Source: Candidatus Krumholzibacteriia bacterium (GTDB lineage Bacteria > Krumholzibacteriota > Krumholzibacteriia > WVZY01). Taken from it: a stretch of DNA of 16,463 bases. Where the stretch lies: assembly GCA_046754105.1 (NCBI GenBank), contig JBHHVD010000073.1:1-16463 (forward strand), in the 5' to 3' direction. The position numbers and the translations under genes were made by a program. Shown here one piece after another: positions 1 to 8,217 of this stretch (position 1 is the stretch's first letter; each line of letters opens with the position of its first letter). The notes under the pieces were generated by a model, which saw only the letters and a program-made list of their open reading frames with translations, searched no databases and was not told the origin of the DNA.

Positions 1-2
1 CC

Positions 3-3000
3 CGGAAGGCGCCCGGACAGAAGTATTACATTAAGGAACTGGCGCAGCCGGCCCCGGCGCCCGACGGTTTCGGCGCGGCCCCAACGTTGTCCGCCGCGGC
101 GGCCGATACGTTCAACCTCGGGTGGTTCAGCTTTGACGTCGCCGGTGCCGGCAACCTGCAGGGATGGACGACGGTCGATTTGACCGGGCAGCCGATCTTC
201 TGGCACGCCGCCTCGGGCAGCGGTGAGTTGACCGGCGGCACCTTCGGCAACCTGCTGCCGCTCGAAGGCAACGTGTCGATGTGGTGTGGCCAGGACATCA
301 GCTCCGCGGTCCCGTTCTGTGGGTATGCATCGCTCCCCGGTTACGGAAACAGCTGGGACCAGGTCCTGCAGAGCACGACACTGCCCGGTGACAGCGCGCG
401 TATTAGTTACAAGATTTTCTGGGACTCCGAGTCCGGTTACGACGGGACCTCCGTCGAGTACTCGGGTGACGGGGGCCTGACCTGGACCCGGCTGCCGGTC
501 GGCAACGACACCGGGGTTCCGGACTTCTACGACCGGGGCCCGACTACGCTGTCCGAGAGTTTTAGCTTCGGCGGTTTGAACACGATCGACATCCGTTATC
601 GTTTCGTTTCCGACGGCGCGTGGTCGGACGAGGACGGGCTGTGGCCGACCGATGGCGGCGTGCTGCTCGATAGCATCACCGTCACCACGTGGGCGGCGGG
701 TGTGCAGGCGAGCACCAATTTTGAGGATTTCGAGGGGGCCGCCGAGGGGGACCAGACCGCCGGCATATGGACGGCCTCGCCCGCACCTGCATACGGGGAC
801 TTCGGTTCGCTCTACAGCGGCTCCACGGTACTCCAGGAGGATCCGTGCCTTTCGAATGTCTCTTTTTTCTGGGGCTGGTTCACCGACCCCACGATCGCCA
901 ATTACAATTGCCACGCGCCCGACCCGCGACCGGATGTCGGGGTCATGCCGTTCGGCACTCCGGACGCCCTCTACCTGACCAATGAAATCTGGTCCCCGCC
1001 ACTCGACAACATCGGTGCGGGAAACGACTACCGGCTCGAGTTCCTGACCTACCGCGATCTCCCGCTCGACAACCTCCAGTTCTATGTGTGGAGCGTGACG
1101 GACATCGATACCAGCGGTTGTCCCCAGAGCTGGAACACCAACGGCTTCGTGTTCTTCGGAGGCCAGAAGGACTGGGTCAGGACCTCCTTCGACGTGGGTG
1201 TGCATGTGAATCCCAACTCGCCCCAGCTTCAGATCGCGATCGGCGCGCGCGATATGTGCGGCGTGTGGTGCAACATCTTCGGCACCGCCTCATGTCACAG
1301 CCACGCGCCGTTGATCGATGAGGTTCACCTGAAGCGTATTAACACGATCGGCCCTCAGTTCGTGGTCCGTCACATCGATCTTTTCCAGGACAACTTCGCC
1401 TCGGACGGCACCCTGACCGGTACGGCGCGAGCGGACGCCGCAAACGATATCGCCCTCGCTGCGAGTCCCACGATCCTCCCGGGCGATTCGGTGACGATGG
1501 ACATCACCGACGTCGGCCTCGACCCGTTCACCGGTGAAGGTCCGGCGGCTTACGCCTACGTCGCCGTGTGGCCGCAGGGCCAGGCCGGCAAGACCGGGGC
1601 CGATATCGAGGCCCCGGAGACCCGCGCGAACCTCACGGCCGCGGGCGGCAAGCGCTACCCGCTCGTCGCCGGCCCGGTGATCGACGGCGTGCAGTGGTAC
1701 GCCTTCCGTATGGACACCGTGGTCACCAACGGCGGCGCGCCGCTGGCCGACCGCTTTGCGATCGACCTCAATGACAACCTCTTCACACCCGGGGACACCA
1801 TCTGTTATTTCTTTTGGGCGAACGACGGCCTCAATAACAACACGTATTTCCACCGCACCCTCGGCGGCCAGGGCGAGAACCATGTCACGCAGGACATCAA
1901 CGAGGCGGCGGCATCGCCGATGGAGTTCACGATCCTCCCCGCCGGCGGCTTCGTCCGCGGCGGTGATATCCTCTACGTGGACGACACCGATGACCGCGGC
2001 GGTCCGGCACAGCTCTTCTTCGACACGGCCTTCGACTGGCTGCAAATCGGCGACAGGATCGACCGTTACGACGTCCTCGGCCCGTCCTCCGGTGTCTCGA
2101 ACAGTCTCGGTGCCCGCGTGCGGAGCGTGGCGACGCAGATCATGGGGCCGTACAGAATCCTCATATGGAACTCGGGGAATCTTTCCTCGAACCTCATCAA
2201 CGACGGCGGCACGGTCACCGGCGGCGGTAGCACGGATAAGTCACCGGACTTTTCCCTGATCTTTCAGTTTCTGGATGCGCACACGAACAACCCGGGCTTC
2301 TACTACAGCGCCGACGACGGTGCCTTCGACTGGGCAACAGTCCTCGCCGGTGCGGCGGCCGTGAATACACGGTCGACCTACATGAACTTCAACCTGGACC
2401 CGGCGGCTCCGAAGGGCAACCACAAGAATGCCGGCGAGCCGATCTCGCCGACGCTCGACGCGGTGGGTCCGATCGGTACCTGGGCCTCGGACCAGCTCGT
2501 GGCCTACGGGGGTTGTCCGGGAATCAATGACTTCGACCTCCTGCAGGCGACGGGACTTTCCGTCGCCGAGTTCATGAACCTGGCCACGGGCAAGGCCTAC
2601 GTCTTGAGCCAAACGACGCCGAACTCGGCCGGCAGCAATGCGCGCGTGGTGCTCTCCGGATATAGTTATCACTATGTTCGCGACCTCGGTCCCCCGGGCA
2701 GCGTCCCGGCGCGTGTGGTTCACCTGGAGCACATTATCCAGTTCCTCGCTGACCTGCCCGGCATCCCGACCGGATTCGAGCCGCAGCAGTATGCGAATGT
2801 CTTGAAGCCCAATTACCCGAACCCGTTCAACCCCACGACGGCGATCGGCTACGAGATCAAGGACCCGGGCCACGTGTCGCTGGCGGTCTACAACGCGGCC
2901 GGACAACTGGTGAGAACCCTGGTCAACGAAGTGCAAACGCCACGGGCAGGGGGCTTCGAGGTAACGTGGGACGGCACGAACGACACCGGCCAGGCCGTCT

Positions 3001-3074
3001 CCTCGGGGGTGTACTTCTACAAGCTCGCGGCCGGCGGACTCACGCAGACGAGGAAACTGGTGTTGTTGAAATAG
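3..3074 (+). CDS. Large secreted multidomain protein with C-terminal FlgD-Ig/T9SS type A-like sorting domain; 5'-truncated by the window edge
   Basis: The frame is open from position 3 (RKAPGQKYYIKELAQP...), so the true start lies upstream of the window rather than at TTG 87. The C-terminus LKPNYPNPFNPTTAIGY...VYNAAGQLVRTLV...WDG...SSGVYFYKL...TRKLVLLK is the typical FlgD/Por-type C-terminal domain. Jelly-roll-like motifs occur N-terminally (WDSESGYDG..VEYS.DGG.TW; IRYRFVSDGAWSDEDG). GC3-rich codon usage. Confidence 0.85.
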   Translation, partial: RKAPGQKYYIKELAQPAPAPDGFGAAPTLSAAAADTFNLGWFSFDVAGAGNLQGWTTVDLTGQPIFWHAASGSGELTGGTFGNLLPLEGNVSMWCGQDISSAVPFCGYASLPGYGNSWDQVLQSTTLPGDSARISYKIFWDSESGYDGTSVEYSGDGGLTWTRLPVGNDTGVPDFYDRGPTTLSESFSFGGLNTIDIRYRFVSDGAWSDEDGLWPTDGGVLLDSITVTTWAAGVQASTNFEDFEGAAEGDQTAGIWTASPAPAYGDFGSLYSGSTVLQEDPCLSNVSFFWGWFTDPTIANYNCHAPDPRPDVGVMPFGTPDALYLTNEIWSPPLDNIGAGNDYRLEFLTYRDLPLDNLQFYVWSVTDIDTSGCPQSWNTNGFVFFGGQKDWVRTSFDVGVHVNPNSPQLQIAIGARDMCGVWCNIFGTASCHSHAPLIDEVHLKRINTIGPQFVVRHIDLFQDNFASDGTLTGTARADAANDIALAASPTILPGDSVTMDITDVGLDPFTGEGPAAYAYVAVWPQGQAGKTGADIEAPETRANLTAAGGKRYPLVAGPVIDGVQWYAFRMDTVVTNGGAPLADRFAIDLNDNLFTPGDTICYFFWANDGLNNNTYFHRTLGGQGENHVTQDINEAAASPMEFTILPAGGFVRGGDILYVDDTDDRGGPAQLFFDTAFDWLQIGDRIDRYDVLGPSSGVSNSLGARVRSVATQIMGPYRILIWNSGNLSSNLINDGGTVTGGGSTDKSPDFSLIFQFLDAHTNNPGFYYSADDGAFDWATVLAGAAAVNTRSTYMNFNLDPAAPKGNHKNAGEPISPTLDAVGPIGTWASDQLVAYGGCPGINDFDLLQATGLSVAEFMNLATGKAYVLSQTTPNSAGSNARVVLSGYSYHYVRDLGPPGSVPARVVHLEHIIQFLADLPGIPTGFEPQQYANVLKPNYPNPFNPTTAIGYEIKDPGHVSLAVYNAAGQLVRTLVNEVQTPRAGGFEVTWDGTNDTGQAVSSGVYFYKLAAGGLTQTRKLVLLK

Positions 3075-3079
3075 GCGCG

Positions 3080-3097
3080 GGGGACGACGTCGTCCCC
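3080..3097. repeat. Perfect 18-bp palindrome just after the stop codon (possible terminator/processing hairpin)
   Basis: GGGGACGAC|GTCGTCCCC is its own reverse complement and starts 6 nt after the TAG ending at 3074. Confidence 0.55.
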
Positions 3098-3206
3098 GAT
3101 CCTTACGCGTCCGGCCCCGCGTGGCAGGGGCACGTGGCTTGGCCCGGTTTTTTGCGCGCCTGTTCCGGATCCCGTGGGCGAGCGCCCGAAATCCGGCCGG
3201 ACGCGT

Positions 3207-3235
3207 GCCTGTCCGGCGCGACGCGCCGGACAGGC
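3207..3235. terminator. 14-bp perfect inverted repeat between convergent genes; probable bidirectional terminator hairpin
   Basis: GCCTGTCCGGCGCG-A-CGCGCCGGACAGGC lies between the stops at 3074 (+) and 3302 (-). There is no long U-tract. Confidence 0.6.
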
Positions 3236-3301
3236 GTTCCAAATGCCGGCGTTACACCGAGGCCTGGCACAGCCAGAGGATGGCGCCCGGAGGTTTGACG
3301 T

Positions 3302-4003
3302 TTACCGTTCAGGACCGGGCGTCGTCGGATCGTTGGGATCAACGTGCGGATCGCCGGTATTTACCGTATACTCTATCGTCGCCCACAGTCCATGTACCTG
3401 AACCCAAGCACCGGAGAAATTGCCTGTGATTTTAACCTCCAACGTGCTGATCTCGTCTCGCGTCAACAAGCCGAGATTGGGGATTTTATACACCCTGATG
3501 CCGTCGAAATCCGCATAAAAGTAGAACTGTCTCCAACCTACGGAAACACCATCTATATAGGCTTCTACTATATAGGTGGTGGACGTCTTGCCGCGCAATT
3601 CGACGTTTAAACGCGTTCCTATTCTGACCTCGGTCACCGCGACCTCGCCTTGTACGAAGGGAAGATCGGTGAACCCGTAGCGATCGCTTCCGAAAGCCCC
3701 GAGCGTGGAATAAACCGATCCCCCATCCACCGCGACACGATCATCGATGAGGCTGAAGTGGTTCGGGGAATTCGGCGGCAACACGCCCCAATTCATCGTT
3801 CCAATATCCTCGTTCGGATCAAGATAGTCAGATTCGTACTGAACGGCCAACGACGGGCCGGAGAAGTCATCCTGCGGCGATGTCGTTACGTTCGGGCCGG
3901 CGATCTCATTCGAACTCGTGATGTCGTCTGAGTTGCACGCGGCCAAAAGCAGACAGAGGATTCCTCCGACTGCAATGACACGAGTGATGTGGTTTGCTTT
4001 CAT
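3302..4003 (-). CDS. Hypothetical lipoprotein (233 aa), probable beta-sandwich domain
   Basis: Strong SD (GAGGAGG-AAAC-ATG). Signal peptide with lipobox LAA-C23, followed by a Ser/Thr/Pro/Asp linker and a beta-strand-rich body. Visibly more AT-rich than neighbouring genes. Confidence 0.8.
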   Translation of the reverse strand: MKANHITRVIAVGGILCLLLAACNSDDITSSNEIAGPNVTTSPQDDFSGPSLAVQYESDYLDPNEDIGTMNWGVLPPNSPNHFSLIDDRVAVDGGSVYSTLGAFGSDRYGFTDLPFVQGEVAVTEVRIGTRLNVELRGKTSTTYIVEAYIDGVSVGWRQFYFYADFDGIRVYKIPNLGLLTRDEISTLEVKITGNFSGAWVQVHGLWATIEYTVNTGDPHVDPNDPTTPGPER

Positions 4004-4079
4004 GTTTCCTCCTCGTGAAGGTACGCAGTGATCTTGCGCGTGGCCCGCGCTTCAAAGCTGCCTGGCTACGTACCATACG

Positions 4080-4104
4080 AACGGACTCGGGCGGGAAATT
4101 ACGA
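4080..4104 (-). promoter_or_regulatory. Candidate alternative-sigma promoter, copy A (TCGTAAT-N13-CCGTT), upstream of the lipoprotein gene
   Basis: The minus strand reads TCGTAAT ttcccgcccgagt CCGTT, about 76 nt upstream of ATG 4003. The same motif recurs at 7071-7094 and 9121-9145. It overlaps an 8-bp inverted repeat (CGGGCGGG 4088-4095 / CCCGCCCG 4116-4123). Confidence 0.5.
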
Positions 4105-4190
4105 CGCGAACGTCCCCCGCCCGTACTGCTTTTGGCGAGAAATGTCCGCAGAGTGCGTGATGCCGTGTGGTCCGGGCAGGGTGCCCGCGG

Positions 4191-7001
4191 TTAGTCGGAG
4201 GGTCCAAGCGGTCTCTGGCTTGGTTTACTGCTTCCCGCGGTCTTTATCGAATAGGCAGCCCAGTAGAACGGATGGCGCACCTCGTTTTTGCTGCCCATCA
4301 TCGCCCGTCGCGTATCGCACAGTACCTTGACCGGCTGGGCGGCATATCCCGGCTCGGCGAGAAAGCGCGCCATGGAGGCCTTCGCCATGTCGTCTCGGAT
4401 GTCCCAGAACGTCTGAACCACATTTGCGACTCCCGCATCGAGAAAGGCGTCGACGAGAGTGGGTGCGGCGCCCGCCTGGCCGATGAACGGCGCCGCGCTC
4501 GAGCAGCCGGATAGCACGGCGAGATGGCAATCACTCATGTCTCTGCTTCGGATATCAAGGACATCGAGATAGTTCGCGTCGGGACCGACGTCGTCCGGGC
4601 TCGGGGCCAGTGGAATCAGCCATGAGTACGGCGAGTCGGGCGCGTGACAAATATGGGTTGCCAGGTAAAGGACCTCGGCCTCGCTCATCGCCGTCATGAC
4701 CCTCGCCCTGGTGGCGCCGTCTCCGCAAATGACGCTTGTTGGATTCGCGGCCGATGCGGCCTCCGCCGAGCTCGCCGGAAGCGGGCGCACGGCCTGGGAG
4801 CAGGAGAGCGTCGGGTCCGCGATGGCGACGCCGCGTGCCTCTCGCTTTTCCGAAACCGCTTTCGGCGGATTGACATGCCGCACGTACACGACGTCGTGCT
4901 CCTGCAGCAACGGGACATATGTGCCCGAAGATCCGATGTTGAGAGTCTCGAAGGGGAAACGCATCAGGAAACCTTCGGTCGAGATGCGTAGCGTGGAACG
5001 CTTGTTCGTATTCGCCAACACGCCTGGCGGCAACAGGATGGCGCCGAGTTCGGTCAGGTTCCGAACGAGCACGGGGGCCGGCGGTAACGACGCATCGCCC
5101 GGATCATTCGCGAGCATTTCCCATGTCTCCCCGGCCAGTGCGGCGAGGTCCGCGGGCGGCATCGCCAGCGCCTCGCGTGTGATGCCGCCCGGTCCGCAGG
5201 TCCACCGCCACACCTCGTCGCGGTGGATGGCGTAGACCAGGTGAACGGCCCCCGCGTTGGCCGCTCGTGCACGAAGGGCGTGTTCCCTTGCCGTAGAGAG
5301 AACCGGCACGGAACGGTCCGGCGATGTCAGGATATGTTCTCCGATAGCGTCCCCACGCGGGCCTGCCCCCAGGAGGCGATACAGCCCCCGCCAGTAGAAC
5401 TCGACGCCGTATCCCAGTTCGTCGTCATCCCGGACAATATCGTGCAGTAAGTGGCGCAACTCGTCGCGCACACGCAGTATCATGTACCCATGAAAACTGG
5501 CGTCCGTCGATACCAGGAATCGCTCCAGCTGCCCAAGTGCATCACCGAGCTCCCGTGACGCGCGGGTTGTATCGCGCTCGGCAAACGCCAGCTGCACGCG
5601 CAGCACGTCCCGCCGCGCCCACTCGCGGCGCAGTTCGGATCGATCCGGCGCCGTCTCCTCGAAGTCAGCGATCGACCGCCATGCGGACGCGGCATCCCGG
5701 AGCTTGTAGTGTGCGGTCGCTTGCGTCAGATACAGGTGTGGCATGAAAAGGGAGTCGTTTGTGCCTGAGGAAAGAGCAAGCGCGTCGTCGATGATGGGCA
5801 ATGCATCCCCCGGTGAGCCGCCTTCGCACAATCCGTCCGCGAAGCGCCACAGAAGCTCGATGTAGTCGCTCAGCTGCACCTCTTTCATGGGTTGCCTGAT
5901 CTCGTCGAACTCACGCCGCGCCTCGTCGAACCGTCCCACCGCCATGAGGTAACGCATGTTGAGCCGGCGCAGTCGCAGCGTCCAAACGTTTCTCACTTCC
6001 GGGGCGGTCGGTTTCTGAAGCCGCATGATCGCTTTGCCATGTGCACGCATGTTGCCGACCGCTTCCCACACGCCGAGTTCTGCGTGCATTCTCATCAGCG
6101 CCACAACAAACCGCAGCTCGTAGAACCCTCCCTTATAATCACGGCATAGGTCGATCGCCTGCTGGTACATGTGATGGGCCAGGGCCGTTCTGCCGAGTGA
6201 CGCAACGTACGATGCGTAAAAGGAGGTGATCCGCGCGGCCTGCTGCGGCATGCGGTGCCAATGCGCGATGTCGAGCGCCGCGTCGTAGTAAGCCTTCATC
6301 GAATCGATCTCACCCAGGCTCCTCCAGTGGGAGCCCATCTGGCCCAACGCCTGGCAGGTCATCGTATGGTTGTCTGCCTCGCGAAACTTCTGGATTGCCT
6401 TACGGCCAAAATCCACGTAGCGGTCGTCCTCGCCGACGCCCTGGTATGACACCGCCACGCCCCAGAGCGAACTCGCCTCCGAACTGGGGAACCCCAGGGT
6501 ATTGAAGTCGTGGGCGAGCCGCAGGTACTTGCCTCGCCTGTCGTCTGCAGACAGCGTCGTGTCAGCATCCAGCGCTCTCTTTTCCAGATTCAAGCTACGG
6601 TACGTCAGCGCTTCCGTCGTGGAAAGCGAATCAACGGCGAGCATGAGTCTCTTGAGGCCGGCATGATCATATACGGACCGCAGAACGTCGCCCAAGCGCA
6701 GTAAGAACGGCATCAAGACAGCGGCACGCCGCTCGTATCCACGTGGCGGACCATCGATCAGTCCCTGAAACAGATTGCGGCCGCTATCAATAAGAAAGCG
6801 CACACCGACTTTCTCAGCGTAGCGGTTCATCGTGCTGTCGTCGCTCGCCGTGAGGTGCTGCAACAAGGGTCGGGGAACGCCGGGTGCGTGTTGTTGGGCA
6901 TCTCGGATTCGGGGATTCTCGGAAGTGCACGCCGCGATGAGAAGAAGGACGAGGGGCAGCAATTGTGTGTAGAGGTGGAACCGCGGACGCAACGCATGCA
7001 T
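4191..7001 (-). CDS. TPR-CHAT (caspase-like, clan CD) protease with N-terminal lipoprotein signal peptide, 936 aa
   Basis: Lipobox LLLIAA-C25. Long helical TPR-like region (e.g. CQALGQMGSHWRSLGEIDSMKAYYDAAL). CHAT motifs LRISTEGFLMRFPFETL, VLYLATH783, LAVLSGC833SS, LVDAFLDAGVANVVQTFWDIRD and HPFYWAAY. Confidence 0.88.
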   Translation of the reverse strand: MHALRPRFHLYTQLLPLVLLLIAACTSENPRIRDAQQHAPGVPRPLLQHLTASDDSTMNRYAEKVGVRFLIDSGRNLFQGLIDGPPRGYERRAAVLMPFLLRLGDVLRSVYDHAGLKRLMLAVDSLSTTEALTYRSLNLEKRALDADTTLSADDRRGKYLRLAHDFNTLGFPSSEASSLWGVAVSYQGVGEDDRYVDFGRKAIQKFREADNHTMTCQALGQMGSHWRSLGEIDSMKAYYDAALDIAHWHRMPQQAARITSFYASYVASLGRTALAHHMYQQAIDLCRDYKGGFYELRFVVALMRMHAELGVWEAVGNMRAHGKAIMRLQKPTAPEVRNVWTLRLRRLNMRYLMAVGRFDEARREFDEIRQPMKEVQLSDYIELLWRFADGLCEGGSPGDALPIIDDALALSSGTNDSLFMPHLYLTQATAHYKLRDAASAWRSIADFEETAPDRSELRREWARRDVLRVQLAFAERDTTRASRELGDALGQLERFLVSTDASFHGYMILRVRDELRHLLHDIVRDDDELGYGVEFYWRGLYRLLGAGPRGDAIGEHILTSPDRSVPVLSTAREHALRARAANAGAVHLVYAIHRDEVWRWTCGPGGITREALAMPPADLAALAGETWEMLANDPGDASLPPAPVLVRNLTELGAILLPPGVLANTNKRSTLRISTEGFLMRFPFETLNIGSSGTYVPLLQEHDVVYVRHVNPPKAVSEKREARGVAIADPTLSCSQAVRPLPASSAEAASAANPTSVICGDGATRARVMTAMSEAEVLYLATHICHAPDSPYSWLIPLAPSPDDVGPDANYLDVLDIRSRDMSDCHLAVLSGCSSAAPFIGQAGAAPTLVDAFLDAGVANVVQTFWDIRDDMAKASMARFLAEPGYAAQPVKVLCDTRRAMMGSKNEVRHPFYWAAYSIKTAGSSKPSQRPLGPSD

Positions 7002-7006
7002 ACGTC

Positions 7007-7015
7007 AGAATATCA
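7007..7015 (-). promoter_or_regulatory. Possible sigma70 extended -10 giving a leaderless CHAT mRNA
   Basis: The minus strand reads TGa-TATTCT-gacgt-ATG. There is no SD upstream of the CHAT start. Confidence 0.35.
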
Positions 7016-7070
7016 CATGAACGGACTCGCCGCACAAGAGGGCGTCGACCGGCCGGGGTGACGGCGGGCG

Positions 7071-7094
7071 TACGGACACAGGCAAGAATTACGA
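7071..7094 (-). promoter_or_regulatory. Candidate alternative-sigma promoter, copy B (TCGTAAT-N12-CCGTA), upstream of the CHAT gene
   Basis: The minus strand reads TCGTAATtcttgcctgtgtCCGTAcg, about 70 nt upstream of ATG 7001. It shares TCGTAATT...GTCCGTWCG with copy A. Confidence 0.45.
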
Positions 7095-7138
7095 GAACAA
7101 AACAAACTAAACCCATTGACACAACACAAGTTAACACT

Positions 7139-7166
7139 TTTACCCGAGGGGTGTTCGTGGTACAAT
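7139..7166 (+). promoter_or_regulatory. Putative sigma70 promoter for the sigma/anti-sigma operon
   Basis: TTTACC-N16-TACAAT with an extended -10 TG at 7158-7159. An A-rich tract lies upstream (7096-7111), and a perfect TTGACA sits at 7116-7121. Confidence 0.5.
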
Positions 7167-7340
7167 TGTTCTGGGAATGTTCGAAAGCCGGACGCCCTTG
7201 GGTAGAGGAGGCGGGCCAACGCGCTTCTGCTGCCGTAGTCTGCTCGCAGAGAGTGGTCGGGGTATGCCTTCATCCGACCAGCGGGCGCCGGCGAGTATGA
7301 AAAACCCGCTCTGCATCATTCGGGAAGGTCGTATTGGGGC

Positions 7341-8213
7341 ATGAAGCCATCGCCGCGCGGCAATGTAGCAAGTTACGAGAAGGATCTCGCTGTCGTCCGC
7401 GCGATCGTGGATGGATCACTGGATGCGTGGCACAAGTTTCTGAAAACCTACACGGGCCTCGTCTATTCCGTGGTGAGGCGGCACCTGGTTGCCGAAGACG
7501 AGGACGAGGTTCGGTCCGTATACGTCGACGTGTTGAAACGTCTCTACGATTCAGATATTGCAAAATTCGACGGCCGATCACCACTATCCCTTTGGCTGTC
7601 CTTGTATTCGCGCGGCCGGGCCGTGGATTACCTGAGGGCACGTTATGGGCGCCAGCGCGACCCCAAGGGTCTGGAACAGCTGAGTGAGACGGATCGTGAA
7701 GTGTTTCGGGTCTATTACGTCGACGCCATGAGCCTCGACGTTACGATGCACACGCTGGACTGGCTCGGCCACCGGCTCACGCCGAACGAGCTACTGGAGT
7801 CGATTCTTCGCATCGAGCGATCGGTGGATCGGCGGGTGCTGAGACGGTTGGACGAGGACCGATCGACGAGGCGGAACGGGAACCCGTCTCGTCGGTTATT
7901 GAAATATCTGGCGCAAGCACGAGCGGATTATGAGGAACGCGTCTACGAAACAGCCACTGACCGCGGCATTTCAGAGGAAGACATAGAGCGGAAGCTCGAG
8001 CAGCTGCGTACGCTCATCACGACCCTTACCCCGGAGGAGAGGCGCGTTGTCGAGATGCGGTTCGATAAGGGCATGCGAGCCAAGGAGATTTCCAACGCGC
8101 TGAGGCTAAGCGGCCAGCGGCGCGTGTATACGATTATCGAGCGGGTAGTCCGCAGATTACGTTCTGAAATGGACAGAGGAGGTGGTAACGGAAGGCCTGC
8201 GGCCGAACGTTAA
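7341..8213 (+). CDS. Sigma70-family ECF-like sigma factor, elongated (290 aa), with an internal sigma4-like segment
   Basis: Region 2: DLAVVRAIVDGSLDAWHKFLKTYTGLVYSVV...FDGRSPLSLWLSLYSRGRAVDYLR. C-terminal region 4: LTPEERRVVEMRFDKGMRAKEISNAL...RVYTIIERVVRRLR. Immediately followed by a zf-HC2 anti-sigma gene. Confidence 0.88.
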   Translation: MKPSPRGNVASYEKDLAVVRAIVDGSLDAWHKFLKTYTGLVYSVVRRHLVAEDEDEVRSVYVDVLKRLYDSDIAKFDGRSPLSLWLSLYSRGRAVDYLRARYGRQRDPKGLEQLSETDREVFRVYYVDAMSLDVTMHTLDWLGHRLTPNELLESILRIERSVDRRVLRRLDEDRSTRRNGNPSRRLLKYLAQARADYEERVYETATDRGISEEDIERKLEQLRTLITTLTPEERRVVEMRFDKGMRAKEISNALRLSGQRRVYTIIERVVRRLRSEMDRGGGNGRPAAER

Positions 8214-8217
8214 GTGT

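Noticed and set aside
3140..3155. Sigma54-like TGGC...TTGC sequence
   Set aside because: The GG-to-GC offset is 13 rather than the required 12, and it lies between convergent gene ends with nothing to transcribe.
8182..8217. GTG 8182 as the anti-sigma start
   Set aside because: The GAGGAG abuts the GTG with no spacing and this start overlaps the sigma by 32 nt. ATG 8218 puts the ZAS domain at the N-terminus as usual. Not fully excluded.
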